Shown here piece by piece: positions 56,884 to 64,000 of a stretch of 64,000 nucleotides of DNA. Source of the DNA: Eledone cirrhosa (taxonomy: Eukaryota); NCBI GenBank assembly GCA_964016885.1, contig OZ024743.1:103788001-103852000 (forward strand), read 5' to 3'. Within the stretch, counting starts at the first letter, position 1. Each line of letters opens with the position of its first letter. The translations under genes and the position numbers were made by a program. The notes beneath the pieces were generated by a model. The model did not search any database. It was not told the DNA's origin and saw only the letters and a program-made list of their open reading frames with translations.

Positions 56884-56966
56884 AATATACTCCAAATACT
56901 TGTTGAGTGCTTTTATATCAGTTATAAATATTTACTCGTTGTAACCCAACAATTTAAATAAAACTT

Positions 56967-57040
<74 letters not shown>

Positions 57041-57052
57041 AGAGTGTGTGTG

Positions 57053-57167
<115 letters not shown>

Positions 57168-57249
57168 CCAAAGGTCATTATTGAAAGTCTTTGGATTTCG
57201 CAAAATACATAATATTTTTTATTGGAGAAGGTATATATATATATATATA

Positions 57250-57504
57250 TATCGCACGCAGAAATTGACCACCACAGATTCCACTAAACACCTTTGGATT
57301 TTACCAACTTTTCAACCATCCTCTTTCGTAATCACCTATATAACTCACCCACACACCCAAAAAAAAAAATTTCTCCACACGCCACCTACACCCACAACAC
57401 GCTTAAACCCCACACACACGTGCTTTCCACCACATATTTACACCCTCAGCCTCCTGATTCCTCTCCCCCCACCCCTCTATCCACACACGCACAGACACTC
57501 TCAG

Positions 57505-57535
<31 letters not shown>

Positions 57536-58020
57536 CTCTTCCTGAACATACAACCCCGTTCTTCCCCCAACCCTTACTTTCACATACACACACACGTACA
57601 CCTACACACCACACACCACCTTCAGCCCTCCCCGCTCGGACACCCCGTCTCCCTCTCCCCACTCAGCCCGCCACCACCCCTACACACCCCACACCCCTCC
57701 ACCACCTGTTTTACCCCCCTTTTAATTTCAGTTTATTTTGATCATGCTTTTATATTTAAATTTATTTCATTCCTTGTATTTTGATCATGCTTTATTTTTA
57801 TTTTTATTTTTATTTTTTTCATTCGCACCGTTTCCTTTCGCTATATGTCTCTCCACCACTCCCCTACACACCCTTTGAACTCTGTTCCCACACACTTCTC
57901 ACCTGAGGAAGGGCTTATGCCCGAAACGTCGTCCCCCACCAACACCCCACTCTCCAGAGCGTGAAATTAATAAACATTCATTGTACTGCCTCTCTGTTTT
58001 GTCTCTGTTCAAATTTTTCC

Positions 58021-58022
<2 letters not shown>
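57250..58022 (+). mobile_element. PLE 3' end with minimal HHR at 57901-57932; related fragment 54245-54355 (-)
   Basis: ac CTGAGGA a gggc ttat gccc GAAAC GTC gt, then AATAAA and (TA)n. Confidence 0.7.
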
Positions 58023-58063
<41 letters not shown>

Positions 58064-58070
<7 letters not shown>

Positions 58071-60704
58071 AATAAGGGCGCTGCGGAGTTTCAAATGGGT
58101 TACATATGAAAAAAGTTTGTCCTTCATCAGTGATCTTCCAACTATCATAGGCATTTCATCGCTTTAAAGACCATATACCTCCGGTTGGTGCGAGCAACGG
58201 CTAAAAAAAGTCGTTGGGACACGTAAATAAAGGGGACGCGAGGGTAAACAAACAAAATGGTGAGGCAACAGAAAGTGAGGAAGAAGGAGACAAGTCCTAG
58301 ATTTCTTTGAATTTAAGTTCGGTGAAATCGTGAACGAGAGAATAAAGACCATCAAACCTGGTTGAAATGTGAGCAAGGAAGGAATTTCGCACAGGTCTAA
58401 CGGGAGGAAGAAGGGGTCTGGTCTGCGAATTCGGTAAACATAAGTTCTGTGAAATCGTAGACGAGAGAGAAAAAATTCCGACCAGCTTGGCCGAGAATGT
58501 GAGAGAAAAGAGTTACTCACAGGTCAAACGGGAAGAAAGAGGAGGAGGAGGAGAGGTAGTGACAGAGAATGAGTGAGTGAAGGGTGAGGAAGAGGCTAAC
58601 AGAGAGAGAGACTGCTAGAAAGGGTAAAGATACATAGAACGAAAAAGACGGTGTAGCAGCAGAGGAAAAAATATGTGTAAATATGATAATAAGGGCGTTG
58701 CAGAGTTGCAAATGGGTTACATATGAAAAAGTTTGTCCTTCATCAGTGATCTTCCAACTATCATAGGCATTTCATCGCTTTAAAGACCATATACCTCCGG
58801 TTGGTGCGAGCAACGGCTAAAAAAGTCGTTGGGACACGTAAATAAAGGGGACGCGAGGGTAAACAAACAAAATGGTGAGGCAACAGAAAGTGAGGAAGAA
58901 GGAGACAAGTCCCTGATTTCTATGAATTTAAGTTCGGTGAAATTGTGAACGAGAGAATAAAGACCATCAAACCTGGTTGAAATGTGAGCAAGGAAGGAAT
59001 TTCGCACAGGTCTAACGGGAAGAAAGAGGAGGAGGAGGAGGAGAGGTAGTGACAGAGAATGAGTGAGTGAAGGGTGAGGTGAGGAAGAGGCTAACAGAGA
59101 GAGAGACTGCTAGAAAGGGTAAAGATACATAGAACGAAAAAGACGGTGTAGCAGCAGAGGAAAAAATATGTGTAAATATGATAATAAGGGCGCTGCGGAG
59201 TTACAAATGGGTTCCATATGAAAAAAGTTTGTCCTTCATCAGTGATCTTCCAACTATCATAGGCATTTCATCGCTTTAAAGACCATATACCTCCGGTTGG
59301 TGCGAGCAACGGCTAAAAAAAGTCGTTGGGACACGTAAATAAAGGGGACGCGAGGGTAAACAAACAAAATGGTGAGGCAACAGAAAGTGAGGAAGAAGGA
59401 GACAAGTCCCAGATTTCTAATAATTTAAGTTCGGTGAAATCGTGAACGAGAGAATAAAGACCATCAAACCTGGTTGAAATGTGAGCAAGGAAGGAATTTC
59501 GCACAGGTCTAACGGGAAGAAAGAGGAGGAGGAGGAGGAGAGGTAGTGACAGAGAATGAGTGAGTGAAGGGTGAGGTGAGGAAGAGGCTAACAGAGAGAG
59601 AGACTGCTAGAAAGGGTAAAGATACATAGAACGAAAAAGACGGTGTAGCAGCAGAGGAAAAAATATGTGTAAATATGATAATAAGGGCGCTGCGGAGTTA
59701 CAAATGGGTTCCATATGAAAAAAGTTTGTCCTTCATCAGTGATCTTCCAACTATCATAGGCATTTCATCGCTTTAAAGACCATATACCTCCGGTTGGTGC
59801 GAGCAACGGCTAAAAAAGTCGTTGGGACACGTAAATAAAGGGGACGCGAGGGTAAACAAACAAAATGGTGAGGCAACAGAAAGTGAGGAAGAAGGAGACA
59901 AGTCCCAGATTTCTAATAATTTAAGTTCGGTGAAATCGTGAACGAGAGAATAAAGACCATCAAACCTGGTTGAAATGTGAGCAAGGAAGGAATTTCGCAC
60001 AGGTCTAACGGGAAGAAAGAGGAGGAGGAGGAAAGGTAGTGACAGAGAATGAGTGAGTGAAGGGTGAGGTGAGGAAGAGGCTAACAGAGAGAGAGACTGC
60101 TAGAAAGGGTAAAGATACATAGAACGAAAAAGACGGTGTAGCAGCAGAGGAAAAAATATGTGTAAATATGATAATAAGGGCGCTGCGGAGTTACAAATGG
60201 GTTCCATATGAAAAAAGTTTGTCCTTCATCAGTGATCTTCCAACTATCATAGGCATTTCATCGCTTTAAAGACCATATACCTCCGGTTGGTGCGAGCAAC
60301 GGCTAAAAAAAGTCGTTGGGACACGTAAATAAAGGGGACGCGAGGGTAAACAAACAAAATGGTGAGGCAACAGAAAGTGAGGAAGAAGGAGACAAGTCCC
60401 AGATTTCTAATAATTTAAGTTCGGTGAAATCGTGAACGAGAGAATAAAGACCATCAAACCTGGTTGAAATGTGAGCAAGGAAGGAATTTCGCACAGGTCT
60501 AACGGGAGGAAGAAGGGGTCTGGTCTGCGAATTCGGTAAACATAAGTTCTGTGAAATCGTAGACGACCCTCGCGTCCCCTTTATTTACGTGTCCCAACGA
60601 CTTTTTTTTAGCCGTTGCACGCACCAACCGGAGGTATATGGTCTTTAAAGCGATGAAATGCCTATGATAGTTGGAAGATCACTGATGAAGGACAAACTTT
60701 TTTC

Positions 60705-60708
<4 letters not shown>
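58064..60708. repeat. Five tandem units (617, 495, 497, 493 bp, then partial) ending in an inverted segment, flanked by (TA)n
   Basis: Units start near 58064, 58681, 59176, 59673 and 60166; 60564-60708 is inverted; diverged homologue at 35880-36140. Confidence 0.95.
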
Positions 60709-60743
<35 letters not shown>

Positions 60744-60780
60744 CCTTCTCCAATAAAAAATATTATGTATTTTGCGGAAT

Positions 60781-60813
<33 letters not shown>

Positions 60814-61208
60814 CAATCAAAAGGTTGTGAGTTCAATTCTCGGACCGGGTGATGTGTTGTTTCCTTGAGCAAGACACTTTATTTCACGTTGCTCCAGTTT
60901 ACTCAGCTGTAGAAATGAGTACCGGCCTGCCCGCCCACCAGTGGGATGGCGTTATCTTATGGCTTAAACAGTACGACGTGCTGTGACCAGCGGCGCCGAT
61001 TGGCGCCCGACAGACTGGTCGGTCAAGGGGATCAAGGTGATCTATATATATATATTGAGTTTGAAAGACCAAAGGTCATTATTGAAAGTCTCTGGATTGT
61101 GTATATGTTTGCATGTACATATGTATATGTAGATTTATATATATGTATACATAAGATATTTTCAATTGTACAAAATCCCTACCTAGGTATCTAATTGATA
61201 TGGCATAT

Positions 61209-61286
<78 letters not shown>

Positions 61287-61419
61287 TAGATAAATCTACC
61301 AAGAGTTTACGGTAGTGTCCAATCCGTATGAAGAACTCAATGTATTCCGGATATCATGGAAAGAAGAGATGTAATGAAAAACCACTTTCGGTGAAAGATA
61401 AACGGTATACAGAGTCAAG

Positions 61420-61829
61420 ATAAAATATTAAACAAATAATGAATAAACAATTCCTTATATTAAACAAAAAAAGTTCATTATTTAACGATCGTTTCTAGGG
61501 TATATATGTGTTATAATTGGTATGCATATTCAACAGATCTATGTACAAAATTATACAAAATTATACAAATTATCAAGATTAAATATACATACCTAACACA
61601 TATATACGCCGTCTTCAGAAATAATTATTTCTGAAGACGGCGTATATATGTGTTAGGTATGTATATTTAATCTTGATAATTTGTATAATTTTGTATAATT
61701 TTGTACATAGATCTGTTGAATATGCATACCAATTATAACACATATATACCCTAGAAACGATCGTTAAATAATGAACTTTTTTTGTTTAATATAAGGAATT
61801 GTTTATTCATTATTTGTTTAATATTTTAT
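61420..61829. repeat. Spacerless 410-bp palindrome
   Basis: Centre at 61624/61625; arms appear to be exact reverse complements by eye. Confidence 0.95.
61625..61771 (+). ncRNA. Type I HHR with very long stem II (family F); mirror copy 61478-61624 (-)
   Basis: ttattt CTGAAGA ..gtatatatgtgtta...taacacatatatac.. GAAAC gatc GTT aaataa. Confidence 0.85.
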
Positions 61830-61939
61830 ATATATATATATATATATATTCACAACATTCACCACTAATTGATTTGACAGATGTCTTTAACCCATTGGTA
61901 CCAAACATTATTTGGTCAGTAGTTCATGTGTATGTGTAA

Positions 61940-62001
<62 letters not shown>

Positions 62002-63559
62002 TAGCAGAAGTACCGGGTGTAAGTCGACCTTTGCTCTGTTGTTAAAATGTGTGAAAGTTACTTCCCGCGCATCACAGGTGCAAAAACATTCGAACCTCAA
62101 GGGAAAAAAACAGAGGTTAGTAGACGCAGGTGTGTAATTGAGCATAAATAATTGTTTCTACTTTAGGCACAAGGCCAGCAATTACCCAGTTCATTACTGG
62201 TAAATTGAGCATAAATAATGGATCAATTGTAGATTCACAGTCTATCGTTGAAATTGTTCTTTGCACGACTGACGGAAGTCAAATTCACTTGAAATTGAAT
62301 TTTCAGTTGATTTTTAAAGCAGAGTGAAAAAGTCGATATTTCACAGTTTTTTTCTTTTTACAATTTTCGCGCTCACGTGTGCAGAAGAAGAAATAAAAGG
62401 GACTTTATCTGAACCGCGGCATAATGGCGAGTCTTTTGCGACAGTTTTCAAGAAAATCGGACGTTCCTGTAAAAAGTTTTCCCATGTGCAACTTTGCCTT
62501 GTTTTTTGCGCAAAGTCGAACCCCCGCTTCAGTTTTATTGATTTTTTACATGAACGCGTGACCTCTGAAGTAGATTTGAGTAGCTAAAAACCTGTCCCGG
62601 TAAATTTGCTATAGGTGAAAAAAGGTTGATCAAAATTGTGTCTAGGGTTATTGCCCTTTGCAACAGCCTCAACGTGTCTTCAAGTATGGTTTGTTAATTT
62701 GTTATGGAACTAAATCGACTTTCGTCAAATCGGACCGAGGAAACAATGTTTCCATTTGTCTTTCTAGCTGGTGTACCCGGTTTCACTCGGGGTTATAAGG
62801 CGCTGGATTTAAACGGGTCTGCGCTAAATTCCAGCAGGATGCTTTAACCGAAATAAATGAAGAACAAACGTTTCTTTTTGTGCTCCAATCTGTGATATTG
62901 GTATTTTGAAAAAAATAGTCCACAAACATCCATGGAGCATGTGTAACGCATGTATCAGGTTATGAGAAAAAGGGTTTTCGATTCTCCATTCATAAAATTG
63001 CACGCAAATAAACCGGGATTTTAAGGCACTGCCCAATTCATAGCTGAAAGGTAAGAATCAAGTGGAATAATGTTTTGCGACATTGTCAAATGTACAACCG
63101 TACAAAAGCAAAGGATATAGCCATTGAAACCTAGGTAGACCAAAGAATTTGTGGGGTTGTATATCAGAGGATTGTTTTCATTGTGATTCGTGTCTAGCCT
63201 ACAAAGTGAAGTTAGATGATTGTAGTCGGTGTTGTATCAATAAAAAATAAAAGCATACGGAAGACTGAACACTTACGAATTAAGTGAAAATCACGTTGAT
63301 ATTCCTATCGGAGCAACATGTGCCGAAAAACCTGACGCACTGTTGTGTCAATATTGAAATCGTAGAAATTGCGAATCCCGACCTCTAAGATGTAATGGAT
63401 AGGCCTTGGAGGTGAAGAGGAAGAATTAGTATAATTGTTTTGCTGAACATGTTGACCATTAATTTAAATAGACTTACGCAGCATCATCGTGCGGTTTTGT
63501 TGTTTATGGCCTAGAATGAGGGCCGGTTAAACGCGGCAGAGAAATAAGCCATGCTGATG

Positions 63560-64000
63560 ATGTTTAGGGGCGTCTCAGGGAGTAGATGCGGCGTTGTGAG
63601 TCAATTGTGAGGACAGTGGAAAGCACGCTGATAGCTTGAGGCAAGGAAGAGGGCAGGGGTGGACGGTGGCAAGGATGCCGCATGGTGAACCATGGCAGTC
63701 TTGAAGGAGCACTGCGAGCAGGCAAAAGAAAGGGCCGAGGAGGGGATGGCGGCTGACAGAGCATTGATGCGGCATGGTGATGCATGACGATGGAGTGGGA
63801 CGACGGCGTGCAGGGAACGAAGAGGGCAGGAGTTGACGGTGGCAGGGATGCGACTTGGTCCCTCAAGACTGCCATGCCTAGGCAGGGGAAAGGGTCGGGG
63901 AGTGGATGGCGGCTGACAGGGCAGGGATGCAACATGATGAGGCATGACGAAAGGGTAGGGTGCATGAGGGCTGAAAGGGCGTGGATGCGGCATGCCAATT
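63560..64000. repeat. GC-rich degenerate tandem repeat, probably part of a mobile element
   Basis: Recurring GGATGGCGGCTGACAG..GGATGC..CATG.TGA units. Confidence 0.45.

Noticed and set aside
58064-60565. CRISPR-like array or repeated 63-75 aa genes
   Set aside because: Eukaryotic context, long units with no unique spacers, and ORFs frameshift between copies

Overview
AT-rich, microsatellite-saturated animal DNA. The repeat landscape suggests an octopod cephalopod; this is inference. One intact host gene is present: a two-exon PRXamide/neuromedin-U-type class A GPCR (48283-49192 + 53624-54072, 452 aa). The rest is mobile DNA: a complete but dead Buster-type hAT transposon with a nested MITE, Penelope-like elements (PLEs) with inverted pseudo-LTRs, Tx1/L1-, R4- and CRE-like LINE relics, two tRNA-derived SINE families, a degenerate 5S rRNA copy and several tandem or palindromic repeats. 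The main hidden signal is about 20 hammerhead-ribozyme (HHR) motifs from at least 8 unrelated sequence families, found by manual folding. They sit in PLE ends, short hairpin elements and retrozyme-like tandem repeats, nearly all inserted in (TA)n tracts. Several families have non-canonical cores (U3:A8 twice independently, U4A in four copies, U-U at 10.1/11.1) and palindromic minimal stem III. No ribozyme activity has been tested.
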